Source of the DNA: Cyanophora paradoxa CCMP329 | Taxonomy: Eukaryota > Plantae > Glaucophyta | Direction: 5' to 3' | Assembly: GCA_004431415.1 (NCBI GenBank) | Contig: QPMI01000623.1 | Location: 1 to 64,000 of the forward strand | Length of the DNA stretch: 64,000 nt | Part shown: positions 34,101-46,220 of the stretch, piece by piece | Layout of the letters: each line of letters starts with the position of its first letter | Numbering within the stretch: position 1 is the first letter of the stretch | The notes under the pieces: model-generated | Seen by the model: the letters and a program-made list of their open reading frames with translations, nothing else | Told to the model about the DNA's origin: nothing | Databases searched by the model: none | Program-made: the position numbers and the translations under genes

Positions 34101-37100
34101 CCGTCAGGTACACCATCGCCCCGCGCCGCAGCGGCTGCTCCCGGGCCACCGACCCCGCCCCCGAGCCCGACGCCGTCGCCCCCGGCGCCGGCCCCGGCGT
34201 CCCCGCCCGCTCCTGCCGCGCCGCCACCGACGCCGGGCCGCCGCCGGGCGGGGGCGGGGGCTGGCTCGGCGGGCGGGCTCCTCGCGCGCAGACTGGCGAG
34301 GGCGGAGAGGGGGCGCTCGAGGACGGATGGGGGCCGCTCGCGCTCGAGGGCAGAGGGCGGGCGCTCAGGGGCCGGGGAGCGGTCGCGGGGCGGGGCGGCG
34401 GGGGCGTGGCGCGGGCGGGGGAGGAGAGGGCGAGGGCGGAGGCGAGGGCGGAGCCGGGGGCGGCCCCGCGCGAGGCGGCGGCGGCGAGGAAGGCCGAGGC
34501 GGAGCCCTGGGGCGAGCGCACGCGCTCGGGGAGGCCGCCCGGCGCCCCGGCGAGGCGCCCCGCAGCGGGGCCCGGGGAGGCGCGCCCCGCCTCCCCGGGC
34601 GGCGCGTGGGCCCCGCGTCCAGGCGGGAGGCGAGGGAGGCGGCCGGGTAGCCGCCGTCGGGGCGCGGGGCGTAGCGGTGGGCGGAGGCGGGGGTGCCCGC
34701 CGCGGGGGCGGAGGAGGGCGTGGAGACGGTGGAGGAGGTGCGGGCGTGGGGCGAGGAGGAGGGGAGGGGCCCCGGCCCGCGCTCGGCGCGCAGGGCGAGG
34801 CGGAGCTCGCCGGCCTGCCGGCGGCCGCCAGCGAGGGTGACGGGGTACCAGCGGTCGACCGTGAAGCCGTCCAGCGGGATGCCGTCGAGCGAGACGAGGG
34901 CCTCCCCGAGGCAGGCGTCCGCCGAGGGCGGGCCCATCGCGTCCCGGTCCATGATCTGCCCCCGCCCCGCCCCGCTCGGCCCGCTCGCGGCGCGCGGGGG
35001 GGCGGGAGGGAGGGGCGGCGCACGGCGACGGTGAGGGTCTCGCCACGGCCGGGCTGCACGCCGGCGGCGGCGAGGTCGAGGCGGAGGTCCTGGTCCCACG
35101 CGGGGCTGAACGAGGCCGGCGCCGGCGCCGTCCGCACCTCCACGCTCCCCACCCGCGCCACCGCGTACGGCACCGGCCGCCCCCCGCCCGAGGCCCGCGC
35201 AGCCAGGCCACGCGCCTCCTTCACCGTCAGCACCAGCCGCGCCATGCTCGGCTGCCCCGCCCCCGCCGGGCTCGCCACCGCTGCGCCGGCCGTCAGCGCG
35301 AGGCAAGCGGGGCGGGACGGGGCGGGCGGGGCGGGCGGACGGTCGGCGTAGCGGTTGCGGGCGGAGGAGGGGGTTGCGAGGAGGGTGGAGGAGGGGGTGA
35401 GGAGGCCGCGGGCCTGGATGCTGGCGGCGAGGCGCTCGAGGTCGGCGGCCTCGCGGGCGCCCTCGCCCTCGTTGCGGAGCTCGATGCGGAGGCGCAGCTC
35501 GCCCCCGAGGCGCTCCCCGGGGCGGCGCGAGACGAGCAGGTACCAGTCCTCCAGCACGTCCCCCGCGCTCACCCCCAGCAGCGGCACCCGCGCCTCCCCC
35601 GCCACCGCCTCCGCCCCCGTCGCCCCCTCCCGCGCCACCAGCCTCGCCGTCACCATGTCCGCCCCCTCGTCCGCCTGCCCCCGCCCCCTGAGCCCGGCCG
35701 GCGGCGGCGCGGGCGGGAGGCGGGGACGGGGGCGGACGTCGAATGCGAAGGAGCGGTTCCAGCTCGGGGCGGAGGGCGGGGCGGCCCCCGTCCGCGCCTC
35801 CTGCGCCCCGTACCGCACCGCGCACACCAGATCCCGCCCTGCCCCGCGTCGGCCGCGAGGGGCGGCAGGGGCGGGGCGGGGCGGCAGGGGGCACCGTGGA
35901 GGGCAGCCGGGGAGGGGAGGCGGGCCTCGAGGACGTTGATGTAGAGGCGGGAGCTGCCGGCGGCGCGGCGGGCCTGGGGCGTGCGCTGAGCGGCCTTCAC
36001 GGGCGACTGCTGCAGCGAGGGCGCCGCGCTGTTCTCCTCCACCACCGTCTCCAGGCCCGCCCGCCCGCTGAACCGCCCCGCCCCCAGCGGCGGCGACGGC
36101 GAACGCTCCGGCTGCAGCCGCCGCTTAGGTTGGTTGCCCGGGGCGAGAGAGGCCGCGGCGGAGTACCCGGAGGCGCTTGTCGACGGCGAGGCGGAGGCGG
36201 ATCTCGCCCTGGGGCATGCGGCCCGGCCGCCGCGAGACCAGCGGGAAGTACTCCTCCCGCGGCGCCAGCGCACGCAGGTCTGGCGGCCGCGAAAAGGACT
36301 GAGAAGAGGGGAAAAGGAGCTCCCAGGGGGCGCGGCGGCGGAAGGGGAGGCACCGGCGACGCGGGTGTTGACCTCGCCGAGGTAGGACTCGAGGCGGCCG
36401 TACTGCTCGCGCTGCTGGACGACGAGGTTGAGGACGTCCATCGCGTCCGCCACCTCGAAGCGGTGCGTCTCGCCCCACGCCGAGCTCGCCCCTGCCGCCG
36501 CCGCTTCCCGCGTCTGCGCCTCCTGCCGCCCGTAGCGAATGGAGACCCAGGTCGTCGACCCGGGCCGGCTCGGGAGCCCGATCGCATCGAGGACGGTCAC
36601 AGCGAGCAAGTCCCCCTCTTCCAGCACGCCCTCCGGGATCTCCGAGGCGTGCTGCGAAAGCGCGGCGTCGGTCCTGGGGGCGCTAGCAGGCCGCACACCC
36701 ACGCGCCGCGCACTTCGGCGGAGCCACGGATCGCGTTGCGCGACGCGCTGTACTGCAGCTCGCCGTCGGATGAGGTCGTCGTCGACAGGCTCGCCCGCGG
36801 ATCGAGCCGGTTCTCTGCCGGCATGACCTGCGGGCCGCCGACGACGGGCAGCACCTGCACGCCGCCGACCACGGGCACGCTGCGATCGCCCTTCCCGCGG
36901 CTGGAGATCGCGCTCTCCTCGAATTGCTTGCTGAGAGTGGCTGCAAACGCCGCTATGTTCCGGCTGGGCTGGTTGCGAGTCGACGCGGGCGACTCGACCC
37001 GCTCTTCGGCGCCGCCCGCCTCGACCCTGAAGAGCTTCCTAGTTCCCGCTGCTGCCGACGGCGCCTCCTGTGTGGGCGCAGACTCCAGAAATGGCGACGT

Positions 37101-37258
37101 CAAGCGTCCAACCGTCTTCTTGGACCCATCCCTGCCGAAGGCGGTGAGCGGGCAGTGGGCGCGCGAGCCCGGCACGCGCACAGCGAGCGGCTTGAATCGT
37201 CTCCACCTGAGCTCCCTTCTGACGTTCGGGGCTTTAGTGTCGCGTAGATGTCGCGCAT
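31127..37258 (-). CDS. Large protein with six C2 domains and a C-terminal coiled coil
   Basis: Six repeats of L.V.V.EA..L ... P.W ... LGEV.. W..L ... GEL.L (for example GRDLNGKSDPYAVV, LFDKDKIGSDDYLG). Confidence 0.85.
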
Positions 37259-37289
37259 GCTGCCGGAGGCCGTGCTGAAGCTAACTTTT
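37259..37289 (-). promoter_or_regulatory. 31-nt leader/promoter motif, copy 2
   Basis: AAAAGTTAGCTTCAGCACGGCCTCCGGCAGC directly abutting ATG 37258. Confidence 0.5.
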
Positions 37290-37559
37290 CAAAACTGGCG
37301 CCAGCCCCTGTGGCAGGCTGGCGGTAACGCGCCCAGGTTGGCGGCAACGCGCGAAGTGCTTCACAATTTGAATCGCTCAGCCCAGATGGATGCTGACGGC
37401 GAGGCGCCGGCGACGCGCGCCGAGGTTTGAATCGGCGGATATGATCGATGCAGCTGGTGCTCCTGCTGCTATAGAGAAACGCTCGGAATGACCGAGCAAA
37501 GGTCGCGGTTAGCCGCGCTTGCGCTGGACGCCGGCGGGAGCGCTCAAGTCAGATTAGTC

Positions 37560-39085
37560 TACCCCCCCTAGGCAGGTGTAACTGAGGTGTTGCCACTCCA
37601 CTACGTACCCTTTTGCACCACGTAGCAGAATCGAGTTGGACGGGCCTATTACATGATTGCCGGGGCCCCGTGCCCAAATCCGCTTTGGGCACGTCGGGGC
37701 TAGGGCGCGTCGTGCCCAAAGGCTTGGGCACGTAAGCTTTGTGTTGGGCACGTAAGCAGCTGTTCAAGGGGTGTTGCCTGGTGTTAGGGTGTGGTGTTGT
37801 AATGAAAGCGAGCGACGAGCCTGGAGGCCACAGCAATAGCGGCGAGAGGCACGCGGCCGGCGCTGGCGCCGTCCAGCCCAGCCAGGAGGCGGAATGCGAC
37901 TCTGGATCACCGCATGCCGCGGCGGACGCGGACCGCATCGCGCCCCGAGCGGACGTGCTGCCGACGAGGGTGATACTGTTCGCATTTGGACACGTACTCA
38001 AAACGCAGGTCCGGGCTACAAGTGTGGGAATGTACACTGCGGCCGCCGCGGCCGCGGGCCCAGCCCACCAGCGAACTGGCCGGCCGGGCCCTGCGTGGCC
38101 CCCTAAGGAGAGTAATGCGCCTCCCCGCGGACACTCTGGCTAGCTAAATAGCTACATGTGCCCGCATGCGCGGCGTGGTGCTGCATCGCGTCTTGTGGCG
38201 GCGGGGGGTCGTCTAGGGGCGGTGGCGGGAGCCCCTACAGGCCCATGGAGGGGGCCCGACATGAGGTCAGCCTGTGCATGCGCCGGGGGGGCGAAGAGGG
38301 GTCAGATCGTAATCGAACGGTCTCGATATCCAAATCAAAGCGAACGGGGGCGCACTCGATCGACGAGCCTCCCACCCAGAGGAGCGCCTGCCCGGGCGGA
38401 GGACGATCAGCCGCCGAGCAGATCGACGCTCCAGGGCACCTGCGCGCGCGGTGCGCACCTGGGGCGCGTCTTGGGCGGGAGCACCTACAGGCCCTTGGGC
38501 CGGGGGGGGCCCGGGGCCCGACATGGAGTCAGCCTGCGCCGGAGGGCGAAAAAGGGGGTCAGATCGATACATCAAGGACGCCCGGCCCTGGCTAACTTAG
38601 TAATCTTAATCGCAGATCAAGGACGCCCGGCCCTGGCTAACTTAGTAATCGTAATCGCAGATCAAGGACCGTCGGACGCCCTGGCTAACTTAGTAATCGT
38701 AATCGCAGATCAAAAGCTAACTTAGTAAGACGTCCTAGTTACGGTCGTAATCGCGGATCAAGGACGCCCGGCCCTGGCTAACTTAGTAATCGTAATCGCA
38801 GATCAAGGACCGTCGGACGCCCTGGCTAACTTAGTAATCGTAATCGCAGATCAAAAGCTAACTTAGTAAGACGTCCTAGTTACGGTCGTAATCGCGGATC
38901 AAGGACGCCCGGCCCTGGCTAACTTAGTAATCGTAATCGCAGATCAAGGACCGTCGGACGCCCTGGCTAACTTAGTAATCGTAATCGCAGATCAAAAGCT
39001 AAGACGTCCTAGTTACGGTCGTAATCGCGGATCAAGGACGCCCGGCCCTGGCTAACTTAGTAATCGTAATCGCAGATCAAAAGCT
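37560..39085. mobile_element. Composite repeat/insertion block related to 956-1397
   Basis: TTGGGCACG motifs in both orientations (37669-37758), identical 139-bp segment (37977-38115), imperfect direct repeat (about 38233-38329 and 38484-38566), minisatellite; no transposase or RT recognised. Confidence 0.5.
38576..39085. repeat. Higher-order minisatellite, 11 subunits of up to 48 bp, 141-bp period
   Basis: Core TAATCGC[A/G]GATCAA x11; order a a b c a b c a b c' a; a-units end at 38665, 38806, 38947. Confidence 0.95.
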
Positions 39086-39110
39086 GTTCAGTGCGTTGCG
39101 AGCTGTACAG

Positions 39111-41310
39111 GTTCTACGCGCCCCGCTGCTGCGATCTTGAGCGCTGCTGCAGATTTATATTTTGGCTTGTGTGATTTTTCAGACGAGGCCTGGGTGCGTG
39201 CAACCGCAGCGGGCGTGGCCTCTCTCGGCTTTCTCTTCTAACCGCGAGCGGCAGGTATTTTATGAGAAAGACGTTCTCAATCTCTCGCCCAGTGGGATGC
39301 AGTGGGTTGATGGCACAGGCTGGTTCCCGTATTTGATCAAAGTGATCGCCCCCTCCAGGAGTCCCGTCCCTTCAACGGCTGCGCTGACTTGGGGTTCGCA
39401 CGGGAGCCGGTCTATGGCCTGATGTCCGACTTCTTGCCGATCATGGGGAGGAAGCGGGTGCCGTACATTTGGATCAGCGCGTTCATGGTCTCGTGCGTGG
39501 CGCGCCCTGCGCCGCCCCTCGGCGCCCCGCGGCGGCCTTGCAGCGCGCCGCGGCGGCGGCCTTACAGCGCGCCGCGGCGGCGGCCTTAGATTCGCGTACT
39601 TCTACCTCGGGACGGTCCCCTGCGGCGTCGGTGCGCCCGCGCCTCCCGCCCCCGCGCAGCCCGAGGGGGGAATAGGATGCTGCGCCAGAGCCCTCGAGGG
39701 GTCGTGGCGATGCCCTGGCGGAGCGGCGGGGCCCCGCCTGGAGGGCCCCTGGGATGCGCGTCGGGGTCTGACGCGGGCAGCGCAGGCATGTACATCTTCA
39801 TGATGATCGTCTGCGACGCCTGGTCCCGCCCCCGCCCCGCCCCGCCCCGCCCGTCCCGCCCCGCCCGAGCCGGGTGCGCCCCCCCGCAGGTGGGTCTGGA
39901 GCGAGGTGGTGCGTCCCGGGGCCGCGCGGGGGCCACCGGTGCGGGGGCCGGCGGCTGACGCCGAACAACTCAGATGGTGGACACGCTGATCGTGGAGAAG
40001 ATCGGGGCCAACGCGCCCTACTCCTCCTCCCTCCAGTCCCTCGCCTTCGCCTCCTGCGGTGCCGCCCCTGTCCTGGGACCCCCGCCCGCCCGCCCGCCCG
40101 CCCCTCACGGCGCCCCGCAGACTTTGCAGCGATGCTCGTCGGTGAGCCGCCTCCCCGTCCATCCGCGCACCGCCCCGCCCTGCGGGGGGCTGGGGCCCCG
40201 GCCGAGGGGGGCGCGGGGCAGCGTGGGCCGGGGGCGCGCTGCTGGACCACATCTCGCCGCAGCAGGTCTTCCTCATCTCCGCCGCCCTCCCCGCCGTCTG
40301 CCTCGCCGCCGCCGCCGTCCTCCGCGAGCCCCGCATCCCCCACGCGCGCGCGTGCGCCGGCGGCGGCGGCGTCTCCTGCGCGCAAGCGGCCGGCGTGCTG
40401 CGGCGGCTGGGGGCCGTCTTCGCGACGCCCCTCATCTGGCGCTCCACCCTCGTCATGTTCCTCATCCAGGCCCGCCCTCCCCCGGCCCGATCCCCGCAGC
40501 CGCCTCCCGGCGCGCTGACGGGGCCCGCCCCGCCGCCCCGCGCAGGCGACGCCCAGCTACAGCGCCGCGTGCGCCGGCCCGGGCCACCGCGCCGGCGCGC
40601 CTGACCCCCCCCACCGGCAGGATGACGTACTTCTACACGAACGCGCTCGGGTTCCAGGACGACAAGGAGTTCTTCGGCAGGCGCGACCTCGTCGTCGTCC
40701 GCGCCGCCCCCTCCCCCCCGCGCGGCCCTCCCTCACGCCCGGGGCAGACGGCGGCGGACCTCGTCGGCGTGCTCCTCTTCCAGCGCTTCCTCCGCAGGCT
40801 CTCCATCCGCAGGGCCCGCCCCCGTCCCCGCCCGCGCCGCCCTCGCGCGCTGCGGGGGCCGAGGCGAGGGCGGCGCAGGTCCTCCTCGTCTCGACCTTGG
40901 TCTCGGCGGCGCTGCAGCTGAGCGGCATCCTCGTCGCCACCCGCGCCAACCGCGCCCTCGGCATCCCCGACGGTCCGCCCCGGGCCCCGGCCCCCGCCCC
41001 CATCGCGCGCGTGCCGAGCGCGGGGGCGTGGGCGGGGGCGGCGGGGCGGCAGGCTTCTTCCTGCTCGGGGACAACGGGGCGATGGGGATCGTGGGGACGG
41101 TGCAGCAGCTCCCGATGGTCTTCTTCGCGTGCGCCCCGCGCCCCGGGCGGGGGCCCTCCTCGCCGGGCGCGAAGGGGCGGGGGCAGCGCCAAGATCTGCC
41201 CCCCCGGCCTGGAGAGCACCCTCTACGCCACCCTCATGACCGTCTGGGACTGGGCCATGGTGCTTCCCCCCCCCCCCCCCCCTCCCCCCCCCCCCCCCCC
41301 CCCCCTCCCG

Positions 41311-41347
<37 letters not shown>

Positions 41348-41895
41348 CCGCCCTCGCCGTGAGCCCTCCGCAGGTCTTCTCAAACTACGGGGCGCCTACC
41401 TGACGGACGCCCTCGGGGTGACGGAGACGGAGTTCGGGCGCTTCCCGACGCTGATCGCCCTCTGCTCCCTCTCCACGCTGCTCCCGCTGCTGCTAATCCG
41501 CTGGGTCCCCGACGTCGTCCCCGCCTCCTTCGACGACCCCGCCACCGTGCCCCCGGCCGCCGCCGCCGCCCTCGGCCTCGCCCCGGCCCCCCGAGCCCCC
41601 CGCCCCCGCGAGCGAGCCCGTGGCGGCCGGCAAGCGGGCCGCCGAGCGCCCCGTGGCGGCCCCTTCGCCGGCGGAGAGCGCGACGAGCAGCGAGGGCTTC
41701 GCGGAGCCGCTCGCGCACCGGCTGCGGCGCCTCGCGCAGGGGCGCAGGGGCCTCGAGAGCGCCCCGCTGCTGCGGGCCCCCCATGGCCAGGAGGAGCCCG
41801 AGCCACTCGAGTACGGCAGCGGCGGCGAGAGCGAGGGCGCCGGCAGCAGCGCCCTCTGCACGGCCCCCGCCACCCTCCGCCTCCCATCCCCGTAG
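39111..41895 (+). CDS. Folate-biopterin transporter (BT1 family, MFS); 5' end uncertain
   Basis: VFYEKDVLNLSP, FPYLIKPVYGLMSDFLPIMGRKRVPY, VDTLIVE, SSLQSL, ATPSY, YFYTNALGF, NRALGIPD, KICPPGLESTLYATLM; 1-nt frameshift in the G-run at 41389-41392. Confidence 0.9.
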
Positions 41896-42131
41896 CGTGC
41901 AGAGGACGCTCGCTGACATCGCGTGCCGCGTCTGGCCAGCACGGTCCTCAAGCGGCGGTTTACGAGAATTGAAAGATGAGTGCTACCGATTACGGTCGCT
42001 AGTACTCGCTACGGCACATGTACATGGCGCCGGGTGCCCGCGGCGCGGAAGCAGCCAGCGAGCTCCGCGCGCCGGCAGGGGCGGAGGGGGGAGGAGGGGC
42101 CGGTTGCAGGGCAGTGGGAGAGGGAGGGGGC

Positions 42132-45100
42132 CTAGCGCCAGTCGGGGCGGGCGGGCTCCGGGGTGCGGGGCCGCTGCTCGGCGATGCGGAGGGCCTGCAT
42201 CGAGCGCGCGATTCGCCGGACGTACGCCGGCGCGTCGTGCACCTGGAGGACGCTCAGCCGGGGGCCCCGCAGGGACGGGGGCGGGGCGGGACCTCGGGGC
42301 GGAAGGTGCACTCCTCCCGCTCGGCGCGCTCCATCTGCTGCTTCCACGAGTCGCCCTTGCGGCCCCGCTCCGCCTGCTGCTGCTGCGGCGGGGGTCAGCG
42401 CCGGCAAGCCCCGGGGAGAGTGGCGGGGGCGGGGGCGGACGGCGATGCGGGCGAGGTAGTTCTCGGGGTCGGTGACGACCTTGAGGCGGGACTCGGCGGC
42501 GGCGGCGGCGGCGCTGGCGTTGAGGAGCGGGCGGAAGGTGACGCCGTCCATCTCGAGCGTCTCGAGCTGCCGCCGCACGCGCTCCTGCGCCTCCTGCTGC
42601 CGCGCCAGGTCCCCCGCCGACATCTCCTCGAAGCTCCGCCCCGCCCGCTGCTTCGCCGCCCGCGTGATCTGCGGCCGGTGCGTGCACTCGCGCTCCGCCG
42701 CCGCCTGGACCTGCGCCGTCTTCTTCTTGCGCTGCTCGAGGGCCCGGTCGATGTTGCGGAGGACGAAGTCGCCGGGGTCCTTCTGGCTCAGGATCTGCTT
42801 GCTGCCCCGCGAGAGCCGCGGCTGCTTCGGCTCCTCCTCCATCGCCTTCTGCTCCGCCGCCAGCCGCTGCAGCTTCGTGTCCCGCTCCTTCGCCTTCGCC
42901 GCCTGCCTCGCCAGGAACTGGTTCAGCTTCTCCTCCGCCGCCGCCACCGCCGACGGCGCTGCCCCCCGCCCCCCCTCAGCTGGGCCCCGGCGGGGCAGGG
43001 CGCGGGGCGCGGCGCACTGACGGAGGCGGTGACGGAGGCGGCGGAGCCGCGGGGGGTCCGGTTCTCGCCCTCCTGGGCGGAGAGGCGGCGGGCGGAGAGG
43101 GGGGCGGGGGAGGGGCGGCCCCAGCCGCCGCCGGCCTGCGGGGTGCGGTAGGTCGCGTAGCCCGCGAGATCGTCGCCGAGGTCGGAGCCGCGGGGCGTGC
43201 GCGAGCCGGCCGACGAGGCCCGCCCTTGCCGCGTCGGCGACGCGCTCGCCGCCCGCGGCCGCGAGAGCCGCTCGAACGCGTTCTGCTGCAGGTACAGCTG
43301 CGCACCGCCGGGTCAGGCGCCGGGCCGGCGGGGACGGGCGCGGCGGGGGGGGGGGCGCGCCTGGGCGGCGGCCATGGAGCGGGAGACGCGGTTCGTCTTG
43401 GGGGCGAACGTGCAGTCCTTGTTTGGCGACGCGTTCGCCGCCCGCCTGCGTTTCCCGTCACGCGCCAGGCCGCCGCCGGCGGGGGCGGGGGTGGGGGCGG
43501 GGCGGGACCGGCGGGAGGAGGCGGTGGAAGTGTCGAGGTACCGGGGGGCGATGTCGCGGGGGTTGGAGCGCGAGCGCCCGTTCGTCTTCGGTCGGAACGT
43601 GCAGTTGCGCCGCACCTCCTCCTCGGCCACCCGCTCCCGCGCCCGCCGCTTTAGCTCCAGCATGTCCAGCCCGTGCTGCGCCCCCGCTCGCCCCTGCCCG
43701 CGCCGCCCGCCCCGCCGCACGCGGCGCGGCGGCCGCACCGCGTAGAGGCGCTCGGTGGCCGGCTCGTTGACCTTGCGGCGGAGCTTGCGGGCGCCCTGAC
43801 TGATCGCCGGCTTGAAAGTGCAGCCGTCCGTCTCCGAGAGGCGCTTCTCCGCCAGCATCGCCTCGCGCGTCATCAGCTGCTGGTCCTGCCCCGCCCGCCC
43901 TCGGCGCCCGCCCCGCCCAAGGGGGGCGCGGGAGACGGCGCGCCTGCCAGGAGAAGACGCGGTGGAAGAAGGGCTGCTCCAGCCGCTCCCGGCGCACGTA
44001 GGCCGGCGGCGGCGAGGTCTTGGGGCGGAAGGTGCACTGCGGCGCGCTCGGCGCGGGGCGGGGCGCGGGGTGGGGCGCGGGGGCGGCGGCCGCTGCGGGG
44101 CACCTCGGCGTACTCGGCCTCCTGGTAGTCCCGCATGCTGCGCCGGTGCCGCGCGCTGCTTCTCGTGTGCAGCCGGAAGTCCGACGACGACCGTGTCCGC
44201 ATTGACACGTCCTCGTTCGAGCGGAAGCTGTTGCCTGCGCCGGTGCCGTCGATCGGCATGCGAGCCCCGGCGCGCGGGCTCCCGCGAACCAAACGAGATG
44301 CGGCGGTTGCCGTCGTCGCTCCGGTAGCCCCCGTAGTCTCCCTGGCCATTATAATGGATGTCACCAGATGAGCGCGACTGGGCCAGGCGGGCGGCGTTGC
44401 GCGGCTGTGGGAAGTCGCCGTTACAAAGAAGGAAAAGAAAGAGAATCCGAAGGCAGCGCACGGGCTCCGCCAGATCGTGGTCATCCTCATCGCGGACCGG
44501 ATCCACCTCCGATTCAGCCATGAAGACCCCCCTGGGTCATGCTCGTTCAGCGGTTGCTGCGAGGGCGGCGTTCGAGCTTACCGCGCCGAGGAGCCGGCCG
44601 CTGCATCGCGGGAAAACGCAGAAGGCTTGTCCGAGCTAAGATTCGATAACCCATTCTGCTCCAGCGCGCGCCGCTTCTCTGCGATGATGCGCTGGATGAT
44701 GGCCTTCCGGTCCTCCAGGCCGAGCGCAGCTGCGGCCGGCCCTGCTGACGTGCGTGTACTAGCTGAAGGATTCGAGGCAGGCGTTGACACCGCTGAAGCT
44801 AAGGCGCCGTTCGCATGGGAAGGGTGAGCAACTGGCGCCGCATCCCGCGGCGTGCTGTGCGGCGACTGCTGTGCGGCCGAGCCCTGAGCTCGAGCATCCG
44901 AGACGCTTGCTCTTTGCGCCGGTGTCGTCTGCTGCGAGGAGCTGCGCGGGGACAGGAAGTTTAGCCAGATCTCGCGGAGAGGGCGCATGCGAGCCCCTCG
45001 CGAAATTTACAGACGTGTCTCAAATGAAGCTTTTCGATACGCACCTGTGCGACTGCGCCGGGCTCTGTTGCAGGGAGGCGAGGCGTTCAAATAGGGAGTC

Positions 45101-45187
45101 CTTGTCCAGCTCGCCGGCCTTCAGCTGTTGAATCAGATTCAAGACCTGAGCCGCCCGATGCGAGTTGGGGCCGGCTTTCGCCTCCAT
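42132..45187 (-). CDS. Hypothetical coiled-coil protein with repeated CTF[R/K/A]P motifs
   Basis: CTFRPKT, CTFKPAI, CTFRPKTN, CTFAPKTN, CTHRPQI, VTFRPLLN, CTFRPE separated by charged helices. Confidence 0.7.
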
Positions 45188-45441
45188 CTTCGCTCAACAG
45201 CACGAAAGGGTTACAGTACCCCGACGGCAAAAACAACGTTCGCAGACTTGCAGCGGCACTATAGCAACGGAGTCCAGCTGCCGGTGCTCCCGGTATAGCA
45301 CGACACCGGTCGCGCGTTGCGTGGATGGCGCAGGCCTCGCGTTCACGAATTCGACGGGTGTGCGTATATACGTAGCGCCCTAGATCGATCGATCTATCAA
45401 ATTTTTAAAATTGTTTATTACTATTGACACGAATTTTCATT

Positions 45442-45514
45442 GGTCTGTTAGCTCAGTCGGTAGAGCGTGGTGCTAATAACGCCACGGTCGCAGGTTCGAT
45501 CCCTGCACAGACCA
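45442..45514 (+). tRNA. tRNA-Ile(AAU)
   Basis: 73-nt cloverleaf, anticodon arm TGGTG-CTAATAA-CGCCA, T arm GGTTCGATCC. Confidence 0.97.
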
Positions 45515-45643
45515 TCCTTTCTCTCTCTTGCCAGCAGCTCTCAAAATTGATCATGACTGTGAAAGCGATCATATCGATTGATCGTGAACACGCATATGCA
45601 TACAGCGCCGCGCCGCTATCGCGGTCGAAAAGAAATGAATAAA

Positions 45644-45716
45644 TGGTCTGTGCAGGGATCGAACCTGCGACCGTGGCGTTATTAGCACCACGCTCTACCG
45701 ACTGAGCTAACAGACC
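45644..45716 (-). tRNA. tRNA-Ile(AAU)
   Basis: Exact reverse complement of 45442-45514. Confidence 0.97.
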
Positions 45717-45778
45717 AATGAGGAGTCGCGTCGCAAACGACCAAGTGTACACGAAAGAACAGCTTTCTGGCATAGAAA

Positions 45779-45851
45779 TGGTCTGTGCAGGGATCGAACC
45801 TGCGACCGTGGCGTTATTAGCACCACGCTCTACCGACTGAGCTAACAGACC
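45779..45851 (-). tRNA. tRNA-Ile(AAU)
   Basis: Identical copy, 135-bp period. Confidence 0.97.
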
Positions 45852-45913
45852 AATGGAAGGCGCGTCGCAAACGACCAAGTGTACACGAAAGAACAGCTTT
45901 CTCGTCATGGAAA

Positions 45914-45986
45914 TGGTCTGTGCAGGGATCGAACCTGCGACCGTGGCGTTATTAGCACCACGCTCTACCGACTGAGCTAACAGACC
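45914..45986 (-). tRNA. tRNA-Ile(AAU)
   Basis: Identical copy, 135-bp period. Confidence 0.97.
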
Positions 45987-46220
45987 GACGACATCTCGCG
46001 CAACTCGTGCGATCTGATGGCGTCCGTGATTGCCACAGCGTGCACGTGCATGGCCACGAGCTCCGTGAACCGTTCACGATATCTTCAGTAGTGTGGTGCG
46101 TGCGATACCAGCGAGCAGAGTGGGCGGGAGAGTGCAACACCGCACACTAGAGATTCACGCCAGCGCTGCTGGGTGGCGGCGCTGCGGCACAGGCCCCTGA
46201 AGGGCAGAGGGGCGCTGCGC

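Noticed and set aside
38576-39085. CRISPR array
   Set aside because: Linkers recur instead of being unique spacers, there are no cas genes, and the context is eukaryotic.
39527-39590. 24-bp tandem repeat in the BT1 gene
   Set aside because: Simple local slippage duplication, probably intronic.
45424-45908. ORFs containing LLAQSVERGANN
   Set aside because: These are translations of the tRNA genes.
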